Assembly (NCBI GenBank): GCA_010093815.1
Contig: ML996566.1
DNA length: 64,000 nucleotides
Reading direction: 5' to 3' (one strand)
Source of the DNA: Pseudovirgaria hyperparasitica
Taxonomy: Eukaryota
The notes under the pieces were generated by a model. The model saw only the letters and a list, made by a program, of their open reading frames with translations. It was not told the DNA's origin and searched no databases. Shown here one piece after another: positions 23,217 to 34,600 of the stretch. Within the stretch, counting starts at the first letter, position 1. Each line of letters begins with the position of its first letter. The position numbers and the translations under genes are program-made.

Positions 23217-26200
23217 TCAAAGTTTAATAGCCAGACGCGGCTTCACGGCGTCAATCGGCTTCGGCTCGGTCATATCAATGGCAGAATCCTGCCTCGAGGG
23301 TGCCGACAATCCCTTCACTAGCGAAATGTTAGTTTCTTCTGTTCAGTCACCATAGTCCTGGTTCTTCTTACATGTCTGTTGTCTCCTATGATTCTCCAGG
23401 AGCTCGATAACAGCCGGCTGAGCATTGACGGTGGCCGCATTCAAGGCATTGTCAAACTTGCCACCCACAAGGTCCATATCAGCGCCCACGTCAAGAAGCA
23501 GCTGAATGACGTCCCCGTGACCGAACGCGGCGGCCGCCGTGAGCGCGGTGTGATATGGGCCGCCAGTCTGGTTGACAGCAGCGCCGCGCTCGAGGAGAAG
23601 CTTGACAATCTCGCTTTGGCCGTTGCTCGCAGCTGCCTGCAATGGGTTGCCGTAGCGGCCGCCGGGGTTGTTTGCAGATGCGCCGGCTTCGAGGAGCATC
23701 TTCACGACGTCGATGAAGCCGTTGCGCGACGCTGCTTGTAGCGGGCTACCGTAGTAGCCTTCGCAGACGTTGAGGTCTGGGTTGTGCGCGAGGAGCTGTG
23801 CGACGACGCGGTGGTAGCCGTTTCGGGCAGCTGCTGATATGGCACTACCGCCTAGGCCGCCTTTGAGCTTCACGTCGGCGCCGTATTCTAGGAGGATCTC
23901 GACTACATCGTCGTGTCCGTTGATTGCTGCGGCTTGGAGTGCGTTGTCGTAGTATCCGTTTTGCTTGTTGACGTCTGCGTCGTGGTCGAGGAGGAGTCTG
24001 ACTACATCCTCGTGGCCGTTGAGCGAGGCGGCGAGGAGGGCGTTCGAATACAGTCCGCCCTGGAAATTGACATCGGCTCCGTGTTTCAGGAGGACTTCGG
24101 TCGCTTTCAGCCTTCCGTTCAAGGATGCCGCCTGGAGTGCATTTCCAAAAGCACCGCCTTGGCTGTTGATGTCTGCACCTCGTGCGATAAGATGCTCCAC
24201 CACTTCCGAGTGTCCATTGTTAGCAGCAGCTTGCAGAGCAAATCCAAAGGGTCCGCCTGTCGCATTAACCTCTGCGCCGTGTTGTAACAGGATATCGACG
24301 AGATCGAAATGACCATGTCTTGCAGCTGATTGCAGCGCGTTTCCATAAGCTCCGCCCCTGATGTTTGCGTTCGCGCCCTTGTGAAGAAGCATTGCAGCAA
24401 CCTCCAAGGAGCATCCGTTGGCCGCTGCCTGAAGAGCACTGCCGTGATATCCGCCCACCGAGTCTAGACCAGCTCCATGATCTAGGAGAAGCTCGACCAC
24501 TGAGTTATGCTTCCCGACCGCAGCAGCTTGGAGAGGATAACCAAAATATCCCCCCTGTGCGTTTGCCGAGTGGCCTTCTCCAATCAGGTGTCGACAATAC
24601 AAGTCGAGCCCAAATAGGGACGTGAAATACAGTGGTGTCGGATCTGTCAAGAGATACGTGTCGAAACGCCTTTGTACACTTATGGAGTGATCACAAAAGA
24701 CTTGTAGCCAGGCAAGCCACTTATGCGTAACTGCAGTACTCCACGACCTACCGAAAAGAGGCAAGGTCGCCTCCTGTACTGAAGGGGCTTTGGCGTGTTT
24801 GAACCAGTAATTCGCGGCGTAGTCCAGAAAGGGATATGCTGCTAGTCTTGTGTCAAGTTCTTCATCGCTGTGGCAAGGACCACTGGAAAGATCATCATAA
24901 CCTAGATAGGTCAGACACATTGAAGTAATCTCAGTCGATGCAGCTGCTTCGTCCATGGCGAAGAATCTGGCAGGCCCCTGTCGCACACGGTCTGATTTCA
25001 AGTACTCCTGAACCGAGTAGTGAGCAAGACCAATGATATCGCCAGTAATGATGATCAGGCTCTTCCATCCGCATAGCAAATCTTCGGGCTTGGAGAACCG
25101 ATCTTCTGGATCCAATTCAGTCGAGCCGTTCTCGATCACAGCAGCTTCGGCAATCTCGAGCAGCGTCATCGGCCTTGCGCCATATATGATGAGCATAAAG
25201 ACACGTAGGAGCAGAGACTTTTCTTCCTCTGACTTGATGTCCACTAATATGCGCTCATATGTCTCGTCTAGAGTATCTGGCAGACCTGTCAGGGCTTTCC
25301 TAATTGCTTTAGGTCGCCTCAAGCCTTTGATACTGTCGAACTGGCACTTCACCCAGCGGAACCTGATGAAGATCAGAGTGGCGCAAAATCAGTAGTCTGT
25401 ACAGGGCTACGTACATTCCTTTCGCGCCTTGTACCAGAGTTTTGATTATATCCTGCTTCAAGTCGGACTTGAGGTTTGCTAAAAAAGGTTCTGCGGCAAT
25501 CTGCTCTCGGACGAACAACTCAACGTCCATAGCGACCGCAGTACTGTTTATTGAAACGGTTTGAAGGTTCAAAAACCTAAAGTCAGTTGAGATGTGCTGC
25601 TCATTACGACTCGTCATTAATAACGATATGGAGTGACTCGATATGAACTCTTGCAGAACGGGTAACAGAAGACTCCATTCCTTGCATTCGTCCAGAGCAT
25701 CGACGAAGACATTGACCTTCTTGAAATATTTTCTGGCAATGACGATGAAAAGAAATGTGAGTTCTTGGGGCGAAGGGCGCACTTTCTCTCCCTTGTACTT
25801 GTCGTAGAGCGATAGAAGATCTCCAGGTACGGTGTCAAGGTTCACTGAGAGTTGATGTATCAAGGAGACCAGTAACCCGGATGCAGTTTGCTTGGCGAGA
25901 TCACGGAAGTCAAAGTAGAAATATACAATGGCAGTGTCGTGAAGTCTGAGCGACTTCTTCTGAAGCCTGTCGATGATAGTAGAACTGTATTCTCGTGTTA
26001 GTGGAGCATTGCAAAAGGACCGAATGCATGCAGCAGCTTACCATAAGATAGTCTTGCCCGCCCCAGCTGCGTGACATGGTGGTTAGTAATGTGATTCAAG
26101 ACTCGTAAATCGGAGACTGACGAATTGCGTGAAGCCACAAGGTGTCCGACTCGGCGGTAGACCATGAGCGAAATTCACTGCCGTCTAGAAACCACAGTCC

Positions 26201-27202
26201 TGTGCCATCTTGAGCGAGGTTACGCGCATTAGTATGATTTACTTGGTAACTTGGACATTCAAGCCAACGAAGCGCTTTGCGCGCCTTTTTCTCTGGGGCG
26301 TAGCGTCAGTCCATAGTATGGCTCCGAGTAGGTCACACCACATGGGCGTGAGACGCTGGAGGAGATACGGACAAACCTTGATGCATGAGCCTCTCAGCTT
26401 CCGACCGCTGTGTGACTTGGATAATGAGGTTGTCGACTTTGCCGTCGATGTCGGTGACGGTGAGCTGGATACCGTTCTGTTGCACTCCAAGGACTTCAAT
26501 CTGGCCTAGGATCTTGTCCTGAATCGCCTGTGCTAGAGTGCTGATAGGGAGACGACAGTGAGCGTTCAGTTTCTCGTCTTCGTTGCGTTTGACATGATGT
26601 TTCGAGAGTAGAGGATGAAGAAGAATAAGCAGAAGTCGAAGAAGTAGAACTCACTGGTGATCGGAATGAAGGGCGAGGATGAGGCAAGTCTTAAAGCGTT
26701 CAAGCTGAGGAATGAGCTCCGCAAGTCGCTTGGTATTTCTGTGCCCGGTCAGCGCAGTTTTGAGCCTTGCCCCGCGCTGACTGTGAATCTCATTCAGTGT
26801 GGTGGCAACGCGGTTTAGCGTGGAGGCGCAAACATCCATCATTCCCCCAGGTTGCTGCAATAAGCTGCACACAGCCAGCGTCACGGCGGATTTACTGACT
26901 GTTGCTGCTGCTGCTATTGTTGTTGTTGTTGTTGCTGCTGCTGCTGCTGCTGTCGTCGTCGCCGTTGTCGAGTTCGTTGTCGTTTTTGATGCCGCCGTCT
27001 GCGCAGCTTCAAACTGCGTCAAGAGTGTCGTCAAGAGTCCATACAACAGAGTGAGTTCTTCGACTAGCTTCTCCATGCCCTCAGGTGCCTGTCCCTGATA
27101 CATCTTGACACATTCCCATCCAATCCCCAGCAGCTTTCCCGTTATCCCAACGACTGCAATGATGCTGGAAGCAACGCTGAGACCAGCGATAGCCTCCGCC
27201 AT
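23217..27202 (-). CDS. Fungal NLR-like STAND protein: HeLo-like/SesA-type N-terminus, NACHT, winged helix, ~13 ankyrin repeats. Exons 27202-26655, 26540-26377, 26292-26122, 26066-26042, 25984-25415, 25362-23372, 23317-23217
   Basis: Spliced LWLHAIP-GAGKTILC-STIID (Walker A), VFVDALDEC (Walker B), LLMTSR, GMFRWVKCQ, LPDTLDETYERIL, AHYSVQEYL, then 33-aa GGxYGxALQAAAxxGHxxVVxLLLxxGADVN repeats. All six introns are GT-AG and preserve the frame. Confidence 0.9.
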
Positions 27203-27660
27203 TAGCGATAATCAGGGGAGAATCTCACGTCTGGTTCGTTTGACCCTGAGCAGAGAGAAAAATGTACGTGTCATCGATTGCGGCGTAAGCTGAGAGGGCG
27301 TCACCTACATATGTAATGTAAGGAGGTGTATAAGAAGGCGACGGTGGTGCGTAAGCACTTCGGATTGCTGCCTCAACTTGTGGTTTGGGGCTGCGTGATA
27401 GAACAATACGAAGAGCCTCGCCCTGCTTATACCATTGGTTGCCAGCTTCAATTAAGATGTAGCTGTAGCTCCAGCCAGAAGAAGCCCTGCACGGATTACT
27501 TGCCTGTTCATTCTCTCTTCCTCCACTGATATCTTTCTCAGCTCGTTATAGAAAGGCTCTGTTCCTCCCAACACTTCTACCCCAAGCTTCCGAGCATTGT
27601 ATACCACTACAAATCATACAATCTTGCTACTGCATCGCACCGTTTACGGCTACCAACACC

Positions 27661-28503
27661 ATGGCACAAGCAAGTGATCAGACACTCCCAAAAGACACCC
27701 TCTACTTTCCTGCAAAAGACCGCGAGTTCCTTGAGCCTCATCTGCCACAAAAAGATGGCCTGGACAGCAACAAATGCTTTGCAACATTGACATTTGCAAC
27801 CTCGCTCGACTCTCAGCTGGCCTTGTCTCCCGGTGCACCAACACAGCTCTCCGGACCGCAGTCCAAGGCGATGACCCATTATCTACGCTTTCGACACGAC
27901 GCTATCATGATTGGCGTGGGCACTGCCGTGGCCGACAACCCCTCACTCAATTGCCGGCTAGAAGGCGCCGGTGGCTACGGTGGCTCGGACCTCATAGGCC
28001 AGCCAAGACCGGTCATCATCGACCCGACAGCACGCTGGGATTTCAGCGAGAAGAACAAGATATTCGTCTTGTGCCGCGAGGGCCGTGGCAAGGCGCCGTA
28101 TATCATCACGGGGGAGCAGAATCCGCCGGCTGAACAAAAGAAAATCCTCGAGGAACATGGCGGAAAGTTCATCACCTTGGGCATCAAGACTTCTGACATT
28201 GGCAGCCACCGTTTGGACTGGTCGGAGCTTCTCCAAACCTTGAAGGCCGAGGGGCTGGACAGTGTTATGATTGAGGGTGGGGGGCAGGTCATCAACTCCC
28301 TCCTGGATCCCGTCTTTCAGCCTTTGATCGATTCCATCATTGTAACTATCGCCCCTACCTGGCTGGGACAAGGCGGAGTCGTTGTGTCCCCCTCACGCCA
28401 GGTCGACGAGCATGGCAAGCCTCGTGCAGCCGCGAGGCTCAAGGAAGCCAAGTGGTATCCATTTGGTGAGGATGTCGTCTTGTGCGGCCGAGTCAAGCTG
28501 TAG
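27661..28503 (+). CDS. RIB7: 2,5-diamino-6-ribosylamino-4(3H)-pyrimidinone 5'-phosphate reductase (riboflavin biosynthesis, RibD_C fold)
   Basis: TLTFATSLDS, SKAMTHYLRFRHDAIMIGVGTAVADNPSLNCR, QPRPVIID and SVMIEGGG motifs. Confidence 0.92.
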   Translation: MAQASDQTLPKDTLYFPAKDREFLEPHLPQKDGLDSNKCFATLTFATSLDSQLALSPGAPTQLSGPQSKAMTHYLRFRHDAIMIGVGTAVADNPSLNCRLEGAGGYGGSDLIGQPRPVIIDPTARWDFSEKNKIFVLCREGRGKAPYIITGEQNPPAEQKKILEEHGGKFITLGIKTSDIGSHRLDWSELLQTLKAEGLDSVMIEGGGQVINSLLDPVFQPLIDSIIVTIAPTWLGQGGVVVSPSRQVDEHGKPRAAARLKEAKWYPFGEDVVLCGRVKL

Positions 28504-29898
28504 ATCAGTTTTCCTTATGCTTGTGTCTGCACAGGTTTCTCACTCTGGTCATGATTTCTAAATTGCAGGTAGACACAGTACTTAGAAAAAGATATCAAAA
28601 CTCTATGGTGACTCTACTAATTCTCTACATTATGTGTCAAGTCTGCCACTAGCATCATAAAAATAGTACGAACCAGACCCATATATTTCCTTGTGCCGGT
28701 ACACTAACAGCATTTCCCGCAGACGGCGTGCGCTGGTCCCAATGCTTACTTTGACTCAATAGCCAACACTGATCAGGTAGTCGCATAATTGCTCTATCAA
28801 ATTGGCAGTCTCCGAGTGCGAGCTGGACTCAGGATAGTGGACGAAGAATATGGCAGTATTCGTATTAACGACCATGATACCTTGGCGACCCTAATATGCT
28901 GAATGTGAGTTCTAGAACCTGAGGCAGGTGATCAACCATCACCTGTCGGCCATATAGACTCCTAGAGTCTCCTTTGACTGCCTTGTATGTCGTACCAGCA
29001 ACACGAAAGCCGTCATTTCGAGCCCGTTGTATGCTTGGGCCTGTTCCTGCATCGGCGAATATCCTGCGAATCTCAGCGAGCTCGTCTTGCGTAACCTGAT
29101 CCCATATCAGCCAGAACGTTGGTCATAACTTCGACCACCCGGGTACTAGATTGTCCAAAGGCGCATAACAGTGCACGCACCAGGTATCCAGGAGAAGCGG
29201 CGAGAATGCCGTAATTCTCGGTTCTGGAGAAAACAATTGCATTATCGACTAGTCCCGAGCCTAGTAGACTATGCGAACGATATCTGTTAGATCGTGACAA
29301 GACGTGGCTTGCGTCCGTTTCTGGCAACGAACCTGGAGTCGACGTATGCTATCGCGGTCCCGGGAGTCAGCATATGTTCGTGGTCATCGCCTGGATTCTG
29401 GTCTTCGAGACTCGATTCAGAGGATTACGGACCTTGCCAAGGCATCTCTACATGGCCTACAATCGTCCCGTGTATTTATTATTCAAACGATGATAGTAAG
29501 GCACACACGGAGGTTGGATACTCGCCCGTGGCAGTAAGGCGTACTCGAGGCAGACTTCTTATCTCATGCGGGCAAGTATTATGCGGGTGTTGGAAGACAT
29601 TAGACGGGGCTCCCCGTCTGGCGACATCCCCACACTAAAAAGAGTTCCTCCAGAGTAGGTGCGCCTGCCGAGATGGCGCATTAGCGCGCTCGTTTAGGCC
29701 AGGTCTTTAAGGTCTCGAAGAGGTTTGGCTTGCATGAAGTGTCAGATTGACCGATCATGCAAAATGAAGCGGTCCTGCACGCCTCCATGTATGGGTATAT
29801 CGATTGCATGCGATAAGTATCAGTCGACAAGCAGCGATCGACTGCTTGCTTTCGTGGACTCTCCGGGAAACCATCATCACCGGACCTGAGGACACGAG

Positions 29899-31109
29899 AT
29901 GATGGATGCTCAACATGTGCAGAGCGAGCAATCTGTATTGTTCTGTTCCTTGAGCAATATCTGTCTTGATCATCTAGTGCTCCCTGGCAAGCCTCCTCTG
30001 ATTGACATTGTGGGCGGGCCTGGCGGCTATGGTATGTAAGAGCCATCGATTCTCCATCGATCAGTCCTGAGACGTGTTCAGCTACCCTTGGAGCCCGAAT
30101 ATTTGCAGCATCGCCTCTATCGAAAAGGATAGGATGGCTCATAACTGTCGGTGGAGATTTTCCGTCCCAAGTGAAGGAAGAACTGGAGAGCTGGGACTTG
30201 AGCCTCTCTCTCAAAATAGACGACAAGCAATTGACACCCCGCGGTCTCCAACATTATGAGGATGAAAGCTTCGGGCGTAAGTATATAGTAACGAGGCAAT
30301 TGGCATGTAACGCCATCTCTAACCAAGTGATAGCCGTGTCGTTCCATGAACTGACTCCTGCATTTGACTTTTCACCTTCGGATCTGCTGGATGCAAAAGT
30401 AGCTCACGCATCAGCCTTCCATCTCCTTGGAACACCGGAGATGTGTGCGACTTATATACCTGCAATCCATCGTCTTCGGAGATCTGCTGGAAATCCGAAG
30501 CCCTGCCTCGTGGTCTGGGAGCCAGAGCCTCGTGCGTGCCGTACGACCACTCGTGCTGCTACAGTCAAAGCTGCAGCAAATGTAGATGTAGTGTCTCCTA
30601 ATCATCTTGAACTCAGAAGGCTGTTTGAGGATGACTTCTCTACGTCACGTCCCACTGCAGCCATGATCGAGGATTATGCTCAACGACTTGTCGCCGAAGG
30701 TTTGGGACGCAATGGTGATGGCCAGCTGGTCGTTCGTGCAGCGGAGCTTGGATGTATGGTCCTCTCGCGCAAAGAACCCGCGAGGTGGTTTCCTGCGTTC
30801 TATTCTCCCAGCAGAGAAGATGTAGATCGCGCCCGATTCGAGGGCGTGGAAGTGCCGTCTCATCCGTCAGTCGTGGATCCGACTGGTGCTGGTAATGCTT
30901 TTTTGGGGGCATTCACATTCGAGCTTGCGATGTCGAATGACATATCTGAGGCTTGTTGTCGCGGCATTGTCGCTGCGAGCTTCACCCTGGAACAGATAGC
31001 TTTTCCCACACTTTCCAGAGGGAGGCACGGAAGAAGTAAAGAAACCTGGAACGGTATCCAAGTCGAGATCCGGCTGAAAGAGTATAAACGTAGACTAGCT
31101 ATGGGGTGA
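29899..31109 (+). CDS. pfkB/ribokinase-family kinase, Mak32-like. Exons 29899-30031, 30082-30276, 30334-31109
   Basis: N-terminal DIVGGPGGY|ATLGARIF, VVWEPEP, VDVVSPNHLEL and the pfkB signature VVDPTGAGNAFLG. Introns 30032-30081 and 30277-30333. Confidence 0.85.
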
Positions 31110-31198
31110 CACCAAGTATGCGTAATAATCATACCTCTGGACAACTTATAAGGAAATACGCTGAATGATCTTGACAATATGGAACCCTCCTAGCGAGC

Positions 31199-32788
31199 TC
31201 AATGCCTTGCCAGCCTCGCCTCCAGCCTCGCCACCGTGGCCTCCAACATCCCCAGCTGGTCATCCTTCTCATTCACCTCCCTCTGCAATACCTCCTTCTC
31301 GCCCCTCAAGCCCCCAAGCAGCCGTCCCATCTTCTCCCTATACCGTAGATTCTCATCCACCATACCCTCCCACCGCGACCACTCCACTCCACTACCAACG
31401 ACATGCACCTGCTCCGGCTCATGCGTCGTCGCCCAGCTATGTGCACTTTCTCGCAGGCGCGACAGCTCCTCCTCCTTGCGCCGAAGCTTGATCTCCAGGT
31501 CCTTGGTCGCTGCATCGTGGCACGCCTCGTGCAGCCGTGCCTGCTCCTCCAGAATCGCGACCTGGCTGATCAGATTAGAGTTGTGGCGCTCGAGCTCGAG
31601 GACTTTCTGCTCGAAGGCGGCCGTCTTGGCGACCTCGAACAGCGTCGTTGTGCTGCGACGCTCGGGGGATTGCATGATGCTCTTAGGTCGCGCAGGCATG
31701 GGTTGCTGAGCCGACGGCGGCGTCGCTGTACCAGATGAACGACGCCGGGCGGAGACGTCGAGTTTGCGGGTGGCATCGGCGAGTTTACCACGGACGTTTA
31801 CGAGGTTGGCGAGGTCGTCGTTGCGCAGCTTTGTTAGGGCTTCGTGATCGCGGCGTGAGGAGGCGAGGAGACCACGGACTTTGCGCAGGTTGGCGACATC
31901 TTCGTCGCGGAGGGCGAAGAGCGCTTCGTGGCGAGTGGCCCAAGTCTTCTTTTCGGCCTCGAGGGTGGCGACGCGGGCCTGGAGGGCAGCGTAATCGGCT
32001 TGTGAGACGGAGATTGTGGGTTGGGCGCGCTCGATGGCGATGACCTTGGACATGAGTGCTGCGAGTTGCATTTCGAGAGGGCCTGGGGTATGGGATGGTC
32101 GTGTAGCTTGGTCTTCTTCCCACGTCGGTTGCTGCTGGTCGGAATCGCCATCTTCGAAGGACATATGCTTCGGAACTTTCACGATCTGAACGTCTTTGAT
32201 GACTTCCTTGGTGGCCGCTGGGGCTGAGACTGGAACTCGTTCCTGTGTACCAGATGAGACGACTGCCTTGGGCACTCTTATCTCATCATTCTTTGAGAAT
32301 GGCATTACATGCTTTGGCACTGGTATAGGAGTGATGTCTTTGATGCCATCTAGGTCCCGCGCTACTTGTAGATCCATGAAGCCCTCTTTCCCAAACATGG
32401 GTGTGGGCGCGCGCTTGGTATTCCAGGGTGTGGGCGTCTTCTCCGGGATATCTGCATCATTGTCCCCGTCCATTGTACTCTCACTGGCATCGTCGCTGTC
32501 GAATGGTTTCAGCGGCACGAGCTTGATTTCTCTTATCTGCTCATTGAAGCTGGCCTTAGGCAGGACGTCAGGTACCTTGACCGGAGGAGGTTTGAACCAT
32601 ATGGGAGGCAGCTCCCGGGTGCTTTGGGCCCCGACATCTTCTGCCATTGTGTCGCTGCTCCTATCCGACTCGTAACCTGAAACCGAATTATGAGATGAAT
32701 GAATGCTGTCTCGTTGTGATGCGATTGAGTGTATTGATCCGCGACTGGCATCATGGCGAGAGCGAGATAATAAGCTTGAAGTCCACAT
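31199..32788 (-). CDS. Hypothetical protein, disordered N-half and coiled-coil C-half (529 aa)
   Basis: Long ATG-initiated ORF with heptad-like segments (LEMQLAALMSK, RHEALFALRDEDVANL, LELERHNSNL). No family recognised. Confidence 0.75.
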   Translation of the reverse strand: MWTSSLLSRSRHDASRGSIHSIASQRDSIHSSHNSVSGYESDRSSDTMAEDVGAQSTRELPPIWFKPPPVKVPDVLPKASFNEQIREIKLVPLKPFDSDDASESTMDGDNDADIPEKTPTPWNTKRAPTPMFGKEGFMDLQVARDLDGIKDITPIPVPKHVMPFSKNDEIRVPKAVVSSGTQERVPVSAPAATKEVIKDVQIVKVPKHMSFEDGDSDQQQPTWEEDQATRPSHTPGPLEMQLAALMSKVIAIERAQPTISVSQADYAALQARVATLEAEKKTWATRHEALFALRDEDVANLRKVRGLLASSRRDHEALTKLRNDDLANLVNVRGKLADATRKLDVSARRRSSGTATPPSAQQPMPARPKSIMQSPERRSTTTLFEVAKTAAFEQKVLELERHNSNLISQVAILEEQARLHEACHDAATKDLEIKLRRKEEELSRLRESAHSWATTHEPEQVHVVGSGVEWSRWEGMVDENLRYREKMGRLLGGLRGEKEVLQREVNEKDDQLGMLEATVARLEARLARH

Positions 32789-33804
32789 TCTTCAAAGGTG
32801 AGTATTACTGTATCTATGTTCGGAAAGTGAGTGCAATGAAGGATGAACGAGGAAATTATGTAGCAAATAGAGTGTATCAAGAACGTGTTGCTAGTGGTAA
32901 GGAGAAGAAATAATCACTTGGAAGCTCTGTTTGAGAGAATACAGTCTCTTTTATTCGATGTTCGAACCTGACGAGGATATTGACTCCTGAGACAAGCTGA
33001 CACCAAGGGGCAGCGTTGTTACATTAATGGTACCAGGTCTTCGGAGTACATACGTTTCGCGGTCATCCACGACTGTTGTACATATACAAGTACAATATCT
33101 TGCAGGCTGTTTATAGCCATCTAATATTAATGTTGTTACTGAGAACACTTCGAGGTCTCACTGGCATTCCGCATATACATAAATGTGTCGATTAATAAGC
33201 TTTGATGCTATGATGGCGTAGGCCCAGATTCTGCTTGGAGTAATTAATTTCGCACAGGGCCATAGATGCAATTGCAGTCCTGCTACTGTAGGAGTGGTAC
33301 TACAGAACTTCGATGTATAGACCTCTCGAGGCTTCGAGTTGGCTTCGAGACGCGTGTCCGAGAGGCCACGGACCAACAAACGTTGAGACGTGTTTCATGT
33401 CAGACCCCGAGGACTGAACAACTCTCGACCGAACAGGATGCGGATATATTTGGTCAGAGACATCGAGGCACGATAATGCTGAACGTCGACAAAGACACAG
33501 TACCTGTCAGTCCGACCTGGGGTCAGTCGATTCGTTTCGAAGGCTCGAATGTTCGGATTGAAGCTTGACGCGGTCCCGCAGCATCGCGGAGCACCGGCCG
33601 CAAGGACATCGGAATGAATCCAGAGCTTCGGAGTCGCGATGAATCGCGATGAATCGCTGCAAAAGACATTACGCTCCTGACAAGTGCATTCCTGTTCAAG
33701 GAGTTCTTGGCTGCGAGACTGGTGGAGATGAAGTGATCGAGGTTGCGGATCCGTCGTTTTCCAACCTAAGTCACTAGCACTAATTAGTGCACGCATGTTC
33801 TCTC

Positions 33805-34178
33805 CCCCATCTCTCTACCTAGAGCTCTTTCTACTTTTACGTCTATTCTAAATATATTAGAACTTTAAAAAGTAGATATAATAAGTAATTAGATATATTT
33901 CTATCCTTAAATAATTTAATTTTATTCTTATAAAGTATCTTTAAAGAGATAGAGAAGAATATTAAAAGGTTCTTTAAAGAGGGCCCGTATAAAAACCACG
34001 TTATATTCTACCTTATTCCTCTTCTCTAAGAAACTAGACCCTCTTATTATAGACTAAATTAAATAATTTAGAGCTTAAAAATTATATAGGAATAATTACC
34101 TTACTCTACTCTATAGTTCTATATAGATATTATAATATATAGACCTCTATATAGAGATAGAGAGGTAAAATAACTATC
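33805..34178. mobile_element. AT-rich RIP-degenerated repeat relic (parent element unidentifiable)
   Basis: Abrupt ~370-bp AT-rich island, rich in TpA and almost without CpA/TpG, in otherwise ~50% GC sequence. Confidence 0.65.
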
Positions 34179-34600
34179 GAAGATTTGGGGTGAGAGCACA
34201 CGCGTGAGATGGAAAATGCCAAGCTCGTCAGGTTCTAGGAAAACGACGGATGAGCCGAGGGTGAGCCGATCAACTAAGGATTTGCGGCTGAAATTGGGGT
34301 CTGATAAGATTACACGTGCTGTCCAGAACCCAACGTTCACCGCACCGTCTATTGGCTAGCACGCTACGTGGACCCCAAAACCATGAGGGTTGGTGCTATT
34401 TACATCCATTCATATGAGGCCTAGATTACGCGTGGCAATATCTGTCATCCTGCTTCCCCGCATTAACGACTCGTAAACTAGTCGTTCAGCTGAATAGGTG
34501 CCCAATTTAAAGATGTAGTACTAAGCGCGTACCCAGCCGCGATGAATGTCTGATACAGGCTTTCCAAAGTCCCTCCCGAGCAGCGTCAAGTGTGGGCAAT

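Noticed and set aside
23390..24640. Highly conserved, concertedly evolving repeats as in het-e/het-d type NLRs
   Set aside because: The ankyrin units keep a 33-aa period but are clearly diverged from each other.
28504..29898. Possible gene between RIB7 and the pfkB kinase
   Set aside because: Only short ORFs without motifs or coherent splice signals.
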